Source: an uncultured Bacteroidales bacterium
GTDB taxonomy: Bacteria; Bacteroidota; Bacteroidia; Bacteroidales; GWA2-32-17
Length of the DNA: 64,000 nt
Assembly: GCA_964431135.1 (NCBI GenBank)
Contig: CAYSIN010000004.1
Span: 2,445-66,444 of the forward strand
Direction: 5' to 3'
Below, one piece after another: positions 27,808-37,384 of the stretch. A program made the position numbers and the translations under genes. How positions within the stretch are numbered: position 1 is the first letter of the stretch; every line of letters begins with the position of its first letter. The notes below the pieces were generated by a model. It did no database searches. It had not been told where the DNA came from and saw only the letters and a program-made list of their open reading frames with translations.

Positions 27808-28656
27808 CTATGGTTGTTTTGGTAATATCCATAAACTGACATCACCAGCATTTTGCTGTGTGGTTAACATCACTCGAATGCGTGTTCCAATGGCATTTGC
27901 ATTACATGCTTCGGTAGCACTCAATACAAGGTATTCATATACTTTTTCGTTTACACCATTTTGTAGTTGCAATTGAAACTTATAACACCCTTCGTTGATG
28001 CAATTTTTAATCATCCCATTTAATTCGTCCCATTTTTGTTGTGCTTCTGCTTTAGTGCCTTTATAATATGTTCCGGAATAGCCATTTTGGTCATGTATAG
28101 AAACAGTGGTTAATTCCTTAATGGGTAAAGTGCAATAGTATTCATCCTTAATATAGGCACTAACATTATCACCTTTGACTTCACTAAAATTATTGCTACT
28201 GGCAACAATGATGGAAAATAATGTCTGACAAAATGAATAAGGTTCTTCCACTTTAAATTCTTCAAATTCGGCTGATTCCAAGAATCTATCATTTTCCCAC
28301 TTCCCTTTTTCCTTATAGGTTTGTGAATAGTATTGTGTGCCTAAGCCATTCCGTTTTCCATCCTTAAATTCGCCAATATATTTTGTTCCATCTGTTCTTT
28401 TAAACATTCCCACACCATTGTACTTATCATCCTTAAAATTGCCTGTATATACATTGCCGCGTGCATCAGTCAATTTGCCAAAACCGTCCATATGATTTTT
28501 TACAAAATTGCCTACATAAATGCTACCATCAGAAAATTTATACGTTCCCTTGCCATTATCACAATTCCCAGAAACGCATCCTGCATTTTGAGAATAACCA
28601 TTAATCCCTGTGCATAATAACATCGTTATTAAACTAATAAAACAAATATATTTCAT
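27808..28656 (-). CDS. Secreted MORN-repeat protein
   Basis: It has a signal peptide and at least 4 tandem MORN repeats (YVGNFVKNHMDGFG, YTGNFKDDKYNGVG, YIGEFKDGKRNGLG). I prefer the ATG at 28656. Confidence 0.8.
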   Translation of the reverse strand: MKYICFISLITMLLCTGINGYSQNAGCVSGNCDNGKGTYKFSDGSIYVGNFVKNHMDGFGKLTDARGNVYTGNFKDDKYNGVGMFKRTDGTKYIGEFKDGKRNGLGTQYYSQTYKEKGKWENDRFLESAEFEEFKVEEPYSFCQTLFSIIVASSNNFSEVKGDNVSAYIKDEYYCTLPIKELTTVSIHDQNGYSGTYYKGTKAEAQQKWDELNGMIKNCINEGCYKFQLQLQNGVNEKVYEYLVLSATEACNANAIGTRIRVMLTTQQNAGDVSLWILPKQP

Positions 28657-28782
28657 ACCCAACTGTTTTAATGGACAAATATACATGAATTTTTTTAATT
28701 AGCATATAAACAAATTAAATAGTCGTCCCTTAAAAACTCATTTTAATCTTTCTTGTACTTTTCTTTTTTTTCGCAAAAAAGA

Positions 28783-28822
28783 AAAAACTCGTCTCGTCAT
28801 TGCTGACGAGACACGTACGGTT
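28783..28822 (-). terminator. Rho-independent terminator formed by one copy of the GTCTCGTCA...TGACGAGAC hairpin family
   Basis: On the minus strand a 9-bp GC-rich stem is followed by GAGTTTTTTCTTTTTT. It lies 29 nt downstream of the GNAT gene stop. Confidence 0.6.
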
Positions 28823-28850
28823 TTAAAAAATACAAATTTTAGAAGTTCTT

Positions 28851-29927
28851 TTAAGTAAAGACAGCATCACCATCACCATCATAAATAATACAAAGTGCTT
28901 GCCATTGAATTTCTTTGGATATAAGATATGCACGAGCAATATTTTTTGAATACACCCCAAACAGTTTTAAATTATTAAGCAAAGGTTGATTAAATAATGT
29001 GATATACGAAACATCATTCGCAATGGCAGTATGCTTAATAACACGAACTATATCGTTTACATCATCGGGTTTGAAAAAGGCATAAGGGATTTTTAAATGC
29101 CCATTCCTCCATACAAATATTAATATCCCCATAAGATGTTGGTTTTTTCTTATTTCGTACATCATTGTTTTAAACTGTTTTTCTTCTGAAGAAAAATAAT
29201 ATCGCATCCGCTCTTCAGAAAACTTTTTTGTTTGCACAATCCACGGATAGGAAGTAATCCATTTTAATTCGTCGGCAGACCGATGAAAAATGCTGGTATT
29301 GGTTTCGTTGATAAATTCAGATAATTCGTTACTCCAATCTGTTATTTCTTTGACTTGAACCGATGTCAGCGTAGCATGTGATTTATCTATCCATAATATA
29401 GATTCCCAAAAAAAATTAAAAATTCCATCCCATATAGTTAACAAAGGAGTTATTGATTTCATTTTTGGGTATCTTTTAGGAAGAATTTTTGACAGGCACA
29501 TTTTTCTATAGATGCGTATTCCTGTTAACGTTGTTAAGGGTTCAAAATAACCCAATTTATAATATAAATGTTCGGCTTCTTTAGTATAATTAGTAATAAT
29601 AATAGCATGATGATAGGCTTGGTATGCCATGTCAACCATTTGTTTTGCAATTCCTTTTCCACGGGCATTCGGGCTTGTCCAAATGCAACTCAGCCAACCG
29701 ACATGAATACTATTTTGCAGGGTATCGGGTAAAATACCCAGATAACCGAGCAGTTCATCGTCTTGATATGCCAATATCAACAATATATCTTCTGACAGGG
29801 CTCTGGGATTATTAATATGCGACATGGCTCTATGTCGTGATATGGGTATAACAGGCATTTCACCGTATTCACGGCTTTCAATAAAAGACTTTAATTGCTC
29901 TTTGTTCAACGTTTTGAAATATATCAT
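28851..29927 (-). CDS. GNAT-family N-acetyltransferase with an uncharacterised ~200-aa C-terminal extension
   Basis: The acetyl-CoA binding motif ARGKGIAKQMV lies in the N-terminal half. The gene overlaps the upstream gene by 4 nt. Confidence 0.65.
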   Translation of the reverse strand: MIYFKTLNKEQLKSFIESREYGEMPVIPISRHRAMSHINNPRALSEDILLILAYQDDELLGYLGILPDTLQNSIHVGWLSCIWTSPNARGKGIAKQMVDMAYQAYHHAIIITNYTKEAEHLYYKLGYFEPLTTLTGIRIYRKMCLSKILPKRYPKMKSITPLLTIWDGIFNFFWESILWIDKSHATLTSVQVKEITDWSNELSEFINETNTSIFHRSADELKWITSYPWIVQTKKFSEERMRYYFSSEEKQFKTMMYEIRKNQHLMGILIFVWRNGHLKIPYAFFKPDDVNDIVRVIKHTAIANDVSYITLFNQPLLNNLKLFGVYSKNIARAYLISKEIQWQALCIIYDGDGDAVFT

Positions 29928-30961
29928 CGTTTTACGTGTCCTTTGCCAATAATTTTTTTGGAAAAATAATACAAATATTCTTTAGTTATTACTTCTTTGG
30001 CTGAATGAACATAGTTTTTTTCCATAGGTATTCGTTGCAGGTGGCTTTTAATAATATCCTTATACATACCTGCTCCGCCAAATGACAAGTCCACCAATTT
30101 TTTCTTTTCTATCAAATAAAACCATTCGGCAGAAAGCCCATTATCGGTAAAGGGATACGCAAACAATTTTAATGGAGGCGAGAATTGCTCTTTTACCTCA
30201 TTTACCGACTGTTCCAGTTGAAACAATTTTTCTTCTGTGGATAATGAAGAAAATTCAGGATGGTCAACGCCATGTGCACCTATAACAAAATCGTGTTTAG
30301 ACAGTTCGAGCAATTGGGTTGTAGTTAAATATGGTTGATGTACTTGCAAATATTGGTTTACATCTATATCACAAACGGGAAGAATTTTATTCAATACTAT
30401 TCGCTGTTCATAAGAAATGTTCATTAATGACGAAAAAACATTTTCACCTGAAATATTATTATCTTTTAGCAGCGCGAATATCAATCGATTTAATGCAAGT
30501 TGCTGTAAAATAGATTCGTATATCAATGAAATTTTAAATCGATAAAAAAGGTCTTTATTGTCGATAAAAGAGGTATTGACAAATACAACGGCAGGAATTC
30601 CCTTTTTCTGCAAAATGGGATAAATAACAGTATATACCTCTGATAATCCATCGTCAAATGAAAGCAGAAATGAGGGTTTTCTGGGTATGGTATTATTAAT
30701 AGTATGTTGGTAAACGTCTTGAACCGATATGGGTTCGAAGTGCTTCAACAGGAAGTCCAAATCATGTGTAAATCGTGAAACAGTCAACGGAGTATAAAGG
30801 TGGGCTATGTGTGGTAAATATTGGTCAGAAACTACGTGATAAAAAGGGAAAATAATTTTTTGTGTAGTAATTTTGTTTAAAACATTAATAGGTGTAAGCA
30901 GTGAAATGGGCGTTATCACTCTAAAAAAATTTTTTTTATAGTTGTTATGTTGAGCCTTCAT
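29924..30961 (-). CDS. Polysaccharide deacetylase family protein
   Basis: NodB-like motifs are present (SFDDGLSEVY and GIPAVVFVNT, then HGVDHPEF). Confidence 0.75.
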   Translation of the reverse strand: MKAQHNNYKKNFFRVITPISLLTPINVLNKITTQKIIFPFYHVVSDQYLPHIAHLYTPLTVSRFTHDLDFLLKHFEPISVQDVYQHTINNTIPRKPSFLLSFDDGLSEVYTVIYPILQKKGIPAVVFVNTSFIDNKDLFYRFKISLIYESILQQLALNRLIFALLKDNNISGENVFSSLMNISYEQRIVLNKILPVCDIDVNQYLQVHQPYLTTTQLLELSKHDFVIGAHGVDHPEFSSLSTEEKLFQLEQSVNEVKEQFSPPLKLFAYPFTDNGLSAEWFYLIEKKKLVDLSFGGAGMYKDIIKSHLQRIPMEKNYVHSAKEVITKEYLYYFSKKIIGKGHVKR

Positions 30962-30965
30962 AATG

Positions 30966-31892
30966 TTAACAGATGTTTACCATATGGGTACGAATAAATG
31001 CTTTTATTTCTTCTGGCTGATTAATATCAAACCATTGGTATTGCTGGTCTCTACGAAACCATGTTTGTTGTTTTCGGGCATAATGTCGTGTATGTTGTTT
31101 TATAAGTTCAATGGCTTCGGTAAGTGTTGTTTTTCCGTCAAAATAATCAAAAAGTTCTTTATAGCCTACGGTTTTCAATGCGGTTAAATCACGATAAGGA
31201 AAAAGTTGATGGGCTTCTGCTTCCAATCCTTCTTGAATCATATTGTTTACACGCTGATTGATACGCTGATATAATTGTTCACGCGGCAGCGTGAGCATTA
31301 TTTTCAATACATTGAAATTTCTTTTTTTAGGTTCGTTTTTTAAAAAAGAAGAATATGGCTTTCCTGTCAGAAGACAAACTTCAACAGCACGCAGTACTCT
31401 GTTTTTATTGTTCAAGTCTATTTTCTTATAAGTTTCCATATCCAACTGTTGAAGTAAGGTTCGTAGCCATGTAATGCCTTTTTGATGAAGTTGTTCAACC
31501 AGATTTTGTCGAAGTTCGCTGTCGTAATCTGGCATATCGTCTATACCGGAACAAACAGCGTCTATATATAAACCGGAGCCACCTACTAAAAAAACAACAG
31601 GTTGTTGCGTAAACAATGAATTCAATTGGTTTAATACATCCTGTTCATATAAACTTACATTATAATAATCGTGTATGGAGAGGAATTGAACAAAATAATG
31701 CGGAACCGTTTTCAATTGAGAGATAGAAGGTGGCGATGTGCCAATTTGAAGTTCCTTGTAAAACTGACGACTGTCGCAGCCAATGATGGATGTATGATAT
31801 TCCTTTGCTACAGAAATTGCAAAATCTGTTTTTCCTACTCCTGTAGGTCCAGATAGAACGACCAATGTTGATAAAGCCTTGTTAGGCATCAT
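30966..31892 (-). CDS. miaA: tRNA dimethylallyltransferase
   Basis: It has a P-loop (GPTGVGKT) and a conserved MiaA core (IGTSPPS, GGSGLYI, YARKQQTWFRR). Confidence 0.93.
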   Translation of the reverse strand: MMPNKALSTLVVLSGPTGVGKTDFAISVAKEYHTSIIGCDSRQFYKELQIGTSPPSISQLKTVPHYFVQFLSIHDYYNVSLYEQDVLNQLNSLFTQQPVVFLVGGSGLYIDAVCSGIDDMPDYDSELRQNLVEQLHQKGITWLRTLLQQLDMETYKKIDLNNKNRVLRAVEVCLLTGKPYSSFLKNEPKKRNFNVLKIMLTLPREQLYQRINQRVNNMIQEGLEAEAHQLFPYRDLTALKTVGYKELFDYFDGKTTLTEAIELIKQHTRHYARKQQTWFRRDQQYQWFDINQPEEIKAFIRTHMVNIC

Positions 31893-32581
31893 TATTCATC
31901 ATCTTCAGGAATATCATCTACATTATCTAAATCAAAACCTTCATCTTCCAAATCGTTTTCCATTTTGTCAATATCTTCTTCCTCTTCCTTATAAATAGAA
32001 TTTTCATCTATAGGCTCTTCTTCCATACTAAGTTTAATCGATTCTTCTGTTTCCTTGTCTAAGGGTTCGGGAATATCATCTAAAAATTCATCCAACTGGG
32101 GTACAGTTTTTCTGGATGAAAGTAAACCGGCATCTTCATCTTCATCATCAAAAATCTTTTTGGTAGTTTTTTTACCAATTTGTGAAGGGATATCTCCGCC
32201 AAAATCGGTACAAACAGGATAATACATACCCGGTGCTTCGGGCTTGGTTTCGATTAGTTCAATAAAAAAGCCACGGTCATTGACATAATCAAATATGTAT
32301 ATAAATTTTTGATGTGCATCTTTAACATATTTGCCAAGCACCGCATTATCCATTGTTTCGAGTTTAGTAGCCTTTTTCCCCTTTCTGTTCATAAGCGGTA
32401 TTTCCTTTGTTCGTTGCCAACTGTGGCTGGCTACAAAAAAAGAAGCCAAGTGACTTCGGTCAAATTCAAGTTCTTCCTGAATTAAATCGTGCAAGTCATA
32501 AAACGTTTGACTTGAAAGGATTTCAATATCCATGTAAAATTTGTCGTCTTCGTCTGACAATACTTTGAATTTATATACCAT
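31892..32581 (-). CDS. Hypothetical protein with a pRiA4b ORF-3-like N-terminal domain and a highly acidic C-terminal tail
   Basis: The N-terminus (YKFKV...FYDLHDLIQEELEFDRSHLASFF) resembles the PRiA4_ORF3 fold pattern. The C-terminal ~80 aa are D/E-rich. Its stop overlaps the miaA start. Confidence 0.5.
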   Translation of the reverse strand: MVYKFKVLSDEDDKFYMDIEILSSQTFYDLHDLIQEELEFDRSHLASFFVASHSWQRTKEIPLMNRKGKKATKLETMDNAVLGKYVKDAHQKFIYIFDYVNDRGFFIELIETKPEAPGMYYPVCTDFGGDIPSQIGKKTTKKIFDDEDEDAGLLSSRKTVPQLDEFLDDIPEPLDKETEESIKLSMEEEPIDENSIYKEEEEDIDKMENDLEDEGFDLDNVDDIPEDDE

Positions 32582-32584
32582 AAA

Positions 32585-33646
32585 TTAAATATGATTTAAA
32601 AAATTAATAATATCCATATTATCGGCATAATCCCATAATTGGGGTTGCTGACTTTCTCCAAAAGAAACACTTTCTTCTATGACTTTATTTTTGCTCACTA
32701 TACACTGAATTTGGTCAGAATATGCCTTAAATTTGGGGGCTAAATTACAAAGTTCTGAATAATACTCATAATAAATTATACCCAAAGATGAAAAAATTTT
32801 TTCTGATTCACATAATATCACAAAGCCATTGTCAATAAAGGGCTCTTTGTTGATAATGGCCATGGATTTTTGATAATCATAATTATTTATATAGGAATGA
32901 TGATAGAAAATGTGATTCCATTTTTGCATGGCTTTCAGCAATGGTGAAAAGTCATATCCTTGTGGGACGTATATTTTACAAACATTTCTACATCCCAAAC
33001 CAAAATAAAGAAAAATATCGTCCGAAAGTTTTTCAAGTTCTTTTTCCGATTCGTTTCCTGTCAATATGGCAACGCCGCTTTTATGTTGACGAAATAGATG
33101 CGGATATTTTCCAAAATACGTTTCAAAATAGCGATTAGTATTGTTGCTGCCCGTAGCAATAACGGCATCTATTTTTTCCCATTTTCCATCTCTAAAATCT
33201 ATGCTATTGCATACATCTTGTTCTTTTTTTTCAAGAATGCTAAACAGAAAAGGCGTTAAATGCTGGTCTTTGGATGATAATTTAACGGTGACTTTATGAC
33301 CGCACAAAAAAACAGAAAGAATATCGTGCAACGAAACCATCGGAATATTTCCGGCGGCTATTATGCCCACTGTTTTGGACTTAGTTTCTTTTATAGACGA
33401 TTGATAGGGAGCAAGCCACGATTCGAGCATTGTATTAGTCAAATGAGTTGCCCAATAAGTAAGGGCATAATTTATATTATCAGCGGTAAACCATGGATTA
33501 TAATTTTTTTCATCTTCGACCAGATGAAAAAACTTTTCTTCATCCGAATTTAATAGAACCTTGTGTCCAGAACTTGTTTTTTGAATATACGTTCTGAGCC
33601 ATTCACCTAAAAAACCAACTGCTTCGACCCTTTCTTCAAATGTCAT
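32585..33646 (-). CDS. LuxC-like acyl-CoA reductase family protein
   Basis: The protein is 353 aa. A segment (GIIAAGNIPMVSLHDILSVFLCGHKVTVKLSSKD) and the overall layout are typical of the Bacteroidota LuxC family. Confidence 0.65.
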   Translation of the reverse strand: MTFEERVEAVGFLGEWLRTYIQKTSSGHKVLLNSDEEKFFHLVEDEKNYNPWFTADNINYALTYWATHLTNTMLESWLAPYQSSIKETKSKTVGIIAAGNIPMVSLHDILSVFLCGHKVTVKLSSKDQHLTPFLFSILEKKEQDVCNSIDFRDGKWEKIDAVIATGSNNTNRYFETYFGKYPHLFRQHKSGVAILTGNESEKELEKLSDDIFLYFGLGCRNVCKIYVPQGYDFSPLLKAMQKWNHIFYHHSYINNYDYQKSMAIINKEPFIDNGFVILCESEKIFSSLGIIYYEYYSELCNLAPKFKAYSDQIQCIVSKNKVIEESVSFGESQQPQLWDYADNMDIINFLNHI

Positions 33647-33652
33647 TCCTTA

Positions 33653-34018
33653 TTAATAATTAATGCTATTCCATGGGAAAGTAGTAAAAATAGTTGACAA
33701 CGCTGCACCTGCAATAATAATATAAATAATGATGGCAATTAAATATAATGCCGACAAACAAAGTCCAATAATGGCACAGATATAGCCCGCATTCATATTT
33801 TTATATGATGCCAGCGTATATTTTTGCGGCTCAGCAGCATATAATTTTTTTGACTTGTTTGCCAATACAATTGAAATAATGCCCAAAGTTATACCTACAA
33901 TTCCATAACACCAGCATAAAGCAATTGAAATAATTCCCATAACAAGCACTGCCGTAGAATTTGGTAATGGTAATTGGGGAACATTTACGTTAGTTGATTG
34001 ATTTTCATTCGTTTCCAT
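33653..34018 (-). CDS. Small membrane protein (DUF4190-like)
   Basis: The protein is 121 aa with two hydrophobic hairpin segments (GIISIALCWCYGIVGITLGIISIVLANKSKK). Confidence 0.6.
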   Translation of the reverse strand: METNENQSTNVNVPQLPLPNSTAVLVMGIISIALCWCYGIVGITLGIISIVLANKSKKLYAAEPQKYTLASYKNMNAGYICAIIGLCLSALYLIAIIIYIIIAGAALSTIFTTFPWNSINY

Positions 34019-34140
34019 AAAAATAAATTTAATTTTAATTTACAAAAAAAGCAACTTTTTTTCACAGTATCAACTTTTTTAAAAAATATTTTTCCCTATT
34101 TTATTAATCGGGATTGAAAATAAATAATTAATTTTGAAAA

Positions 34141-35262
34141 ATGAAAAATGAAAAAATAATATACAGACAATGTACACGTTGTGTAATGGACACATCAGAC
34201 CCCTTTATCACGTTTGATGAAAACGGATACTGCAATCATTGTAGAGATTATTTTTCAAATCTTTCAAAACGAACCTATCAAGGTAAAGTCAGTGATGATA
34301 AATTTGCACGGCTAATCCATAAAATTAAGAAATCGGGAAAGAATCATAAATACGATTGCCTGATTGGTCTGAGTGGTGGAATAGACAGTTGCTATACAGC
34401 CTATGTTGCAAAACAGTGTGGTTTACGGGCATTGATTGTTCATTTGGATAACGGTTGGGATTCCGAAATAGCCAAATCTAATATTCAAAAAGTGGTAACA
34501 AAACTAAATTTTGATTTCATCAATTATACACTCAATGAAAAAGAATTTAAAGATATGCAGCGTTCGTTCCTCAGAGCCTCTGTCCCGGAAATTGAAACCC
34601 CTACCGATATTGCTATTTTAGCCGTTAATCATAAAGTGGCTGTCGAAAATAAGATTAAATACATTATTGGCGGTGGCAATTTTATTACGGAAGGAATATT
34701 GCCCAAAAGTTGGCATTACGACGTTAAGGACTATAAATATATAAATGCTATTCAAAAGCAATTTGGAACAAAAATAGTGAAAGAATTTCCATCGTTCGAC
34801 TATAAAAGCGAAATGTATTACAAATTTATTAAAGGAATTCGAATTATTTACATCCTGAATTATATTAACTATAATCCTAACGATGCCCTAAAAATATTGG
34901 AAGAACAATTCGGATGGAAATACTATGAAAGAAAACATTACGAATCCGTTTATACCAGATTTGTTCAATCTTATATATTACCCAAAAAGTTTAACTTAGA
35001 TTATAGAAAAGTTACCTTATCTTCTAAAATTTGTTCAGGATTAGTAACACGGAAAGAAGCACTTGAAGAATTGAAAAATGCGCCTTATAACCAAAATTAT
35101 GTTGATGAAATTACACCTATTATTTGCAAACAACTTGAAATAACTACGGAAGAATTTGATGCAATCATGAAAACTCCTCCTAAAACGCATTTTGATTATC
35201 CCAACGCACAAAAAAAATTAGAATTTATTTACAGCGTTTACAAAAAGTTATTTTACCACTGA
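34141..35262 (+). CDS. N-acetyl sugar amidotransferase (PP-loop ATPase, WbuX/LfnA-like)
   Basis: It has an N-terminal Cys4 motif (CTRCVMDTSDP...CNHC) and a PP-loop (GLSGGIDS). A TAATTTTG box lies 5 nt upstream, so the mRNA may be leaderless. Confidence 0.8.
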   Translation: MKNEKIIYRQCTRCVMDTSDPFITFDENGYCNHCRDYFSNLSKRTYQGKVSDDKFARLIHKIKKSGKNHKYDCLIGLSGGIDSCYTAYVAKQCGLRALIVHLDNGWDSEIAKSNIQKVVTKLNFDFINYTLNEKEFKDMQRSFLRASVPEIETPTDIAILAVNHKVAVENKIKYIIGGGNFITEGILPKSWHYDVKDYKYINAIQKQFGTKIVKEFPSFDYKSEMYYKFIKGIRIIYILNYINYNPNDALKILEEQFGWKYYERKHYESVYTRFVQSYILPKKFNLDYRKVTLSSKICSGLVTRKEALEELKNAPYNQNYVDEITPIICKQLEITTEEFDAIMKTPPKTHFDYPNAQKKLEFIYSVYKKLFYH

Positions 35263-36390
35263 GAAAAAAGATAGGTAAATATGTTCAATGCTTTTTATTT
35301 TTTTATCAAATGTGAATTCTCTTTTTACCTCTATAGACGCACTTTCCATGTTATTTACACATTCTTTGTAATGACTTAAAATGTAAATCATGGCATCGAA
35401 TATTTCATGGTCATTCATATAATCAATCACGTTGGCATATTTTTTAAACAGTTCACAGTCGTATGCAATTCCCGAAAGCGTGATAACCGAAGGGATTTTC
35501 AGGGCAAATGCTTCTACATAAATCTGACCAAATGTTTCTGCATCTTTTGAAATAGGTACGTGCACAAAAATATTGAAGGTAGAAAATAAGGCATAAATAT
35601 CTTTCTCAAATTTTATAATGCGATAATTTTTAGTCGGAATTTGTTTCAATAAATTCAAAATTTCTGTTTCGTAATCCCCGCCTACGCCTGCTAAAACTAA
35701 AATAGCATCGGGATATTTCTCCAAAATTCTTTCAAATGCTTTTATGGTAAACTGCACACCTTTCCATTCTGTAAATCTCGAAACAACACCTATTAATGGA
35801 AATCCAGTTAATTTATATTTCTGCATTATTTCAATTTTATCATTCTCATTTACAATAAAATCATCAAAATCAAATCCATGACGTATAACGGTAATCTTAC
35901 GTTCAGTTACATTTTCTTTTTCTATCAAAAGTGCCTTTGTCTGTTCCGAGGGGCAGATAATCTTTTTCGAAAGAAGATTAATCCATCTATCATATTTAAC
36001 TGCCTGTGGATGATATTTATGATGAATATCCGAATGATGACGTGTATGGAGTCTGTTTTTATAACCCGCAAGCCATGCAGCTGTTAAAGCAATGAACGAG
36101 GCATCAAACAATTGAGGATGTATAATATCGGGTTTTATTATGTTTAACAACCTTATAGTTTTGAGTAAAGTTCTTAGCACATCTTTCTTTCCGCTATAAT
36201 CAATTAGATAACAGGGTATTCCTAATGCGGCTATTTTTTTTTGCACAGGTGTTTCCGCAGGGTTTAAAAATATACAGTGCAGTTCAAATATGGAGGAATT
36301 CAAATAATGGGCATACCAATAAAATTCATTGGCATGCTCAATGAGCGAAAAAACGGCAACAACCTTAATTTTTCTTTGTGTATTCGGCAT
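35248..36390 (-). CDS. Glycosyltransferase family 4 (GT-B)
   Basis: The C-terminal half has the EX7E-type region (ETFGQIYVEAFALKIP). I prefer the start at 36390, and the 3' end overlaps the convergent amidotransferase gene by 15 nt. Confidence 0.8.
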   Translation of the reverse strand: MPNTQRKIKVVAVFSLIEHANEFYWYAHYLNSSIFELHCIFLNPAETPVQKKIAALGIPCYLIDYSGKKDVLRTLLKTIRLLNIIKPDIIHPQLFDASFIALTAAWLAGYKNRLHTRHHSDIHHKYHPQAVKYDRWINLLSKKIICPSEQTKALLIEKENVTERKITVIRHGFDFDDFIVNENDKIEIMQKYKLTGFPLIGVVSRFTEWKGVQFTIKAFERILEKYPDAILVLAGVGGDYETEILNLLKQIPTKNYRIIKFEKDIYALFSTFNIFVHVPISKDAETFGQIYVEAFALKIPSVITLSGIAYDCELFKKYANVIDYMNDHEIFDAMIYILSHYKECVNNMESASIEVKREFTFDKKIKSIEHIYLSFFSVVK

Positions 36391-37300
36391 AACCTTTCCA
36401 AATATAAGCACCGGCAAGTGCATTAAACAGTATAAAAGAAATTCGGTCAAACTTCACAGAAATATTTAGCCTACGAGTTATAAATATTAAAAATCTGTGC
36501 AAGTTATAGATGATGTAAAAAACTACTTTTTTAATAAACGAAGGTTGAATTATCATGGATGGGTCATGGGTAAGTTTTACATATACGGCTCTGGTTGCCC
36601 CTTCGCGATAGCGCCGCTGAAGCCAGTTTTCAGGAAATACTCTGTCTTCTTCATTATGATACATGCAAACCTTTGTATTTAAAAGTACCTTCATTCCACT
36701 TTGATGAACACGCATGGAAAAATCGTAATCTTCAAATCCGCTAAACGGGTAAATTTCATTATAGCCACCCACATAAATAAAATTTTCTTTGGTTAAGGCA
36801 AGTCCATAAGAAGCCAGATGCGGGACAATAAACTCATCGTTATTTTTCCATGTTTGTCCTTTCATCCATCCTTTCATATCAATATAATTTATATGAATAA
36901 GAAATCTTCCAAAGTTATTTCTCTGACATTGTTTAATAAGTTCTTCAGGAAACTTCCAATGAACATTTAAGCAATACATTTTTGATTTTTCGGGATTAGT
37001 AAAAAAATCCATAAAACAATTTATGGCATCAAAGGTCAAAAGTATATCGTCATCTAAAAATAAAAGATGGTCATAAGCCGATAACGAAACGCCATAATTT
37101 CTGGCAGAGGCTACACCCTTCTTGATATTTTTAAATATTTTTACGGATGGATGTTCAAATAAAATTTCGTCTTGTCCATCATTAATAACCAATATTTCAT
37201 AATTTGATGTAATTTTAGCCAAATTTTCTAATGCAATGGATATGGTTTTTAAAACTATAGATTTGCGATTGCAAGTTGGTATAATGACAGAAATACCCAT
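36365..37300 (-). CDS. Glycosyltransferase family 2
   Basis: N-terminal GT-A motifs are present (ISVIIPTCNR, VINDGQDE, LFLDDDI). Confidence 0.85.
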   Translation of the reverse strand: MGISVIIPTCNRKSIVLKTISIALENLAKITSNYEILVINDGQDEILFEHPSVKIFKNIKKGVASARNYGVSLSAYDHLLFLDDDILLTFDAINCFMDFFTNPEKSKMYCLNVHWKFPEELIKQCQRNNFGRFLIHINYIDMKGWMKGQTWKNNDEFIVPHLASYGLALTKENFIYVGGYNEIYPFSGFEDYDFSMRVHQSGMKVLLNTKVCMYHNEEDRVFPENWLQRRYREGATRAVYVKLTHDPSMIIQPSFIKKVVFYIIYNLHRFLIFITRRLNISVKFDRISFILFNALAGAYIWKGYAEYTKKN

Positions 37301-37384
37301 TTATTTTTGTCTCAAAATTATATATATTTTTATGAAAATGCACGTTTCGCCAAAATCTTGTTATTAATTTTCAATGAAACATCT

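Noticed and set aside
28801-28822. A CTGACGAG string inside the hairpin repeat resembles the hammerhead ribozyme CUGANGA core.
   Set aside because: The string is simply one arm of a perfect palindrome. I found no GAAA core element, no three-stem junction and no cleavage-site context.
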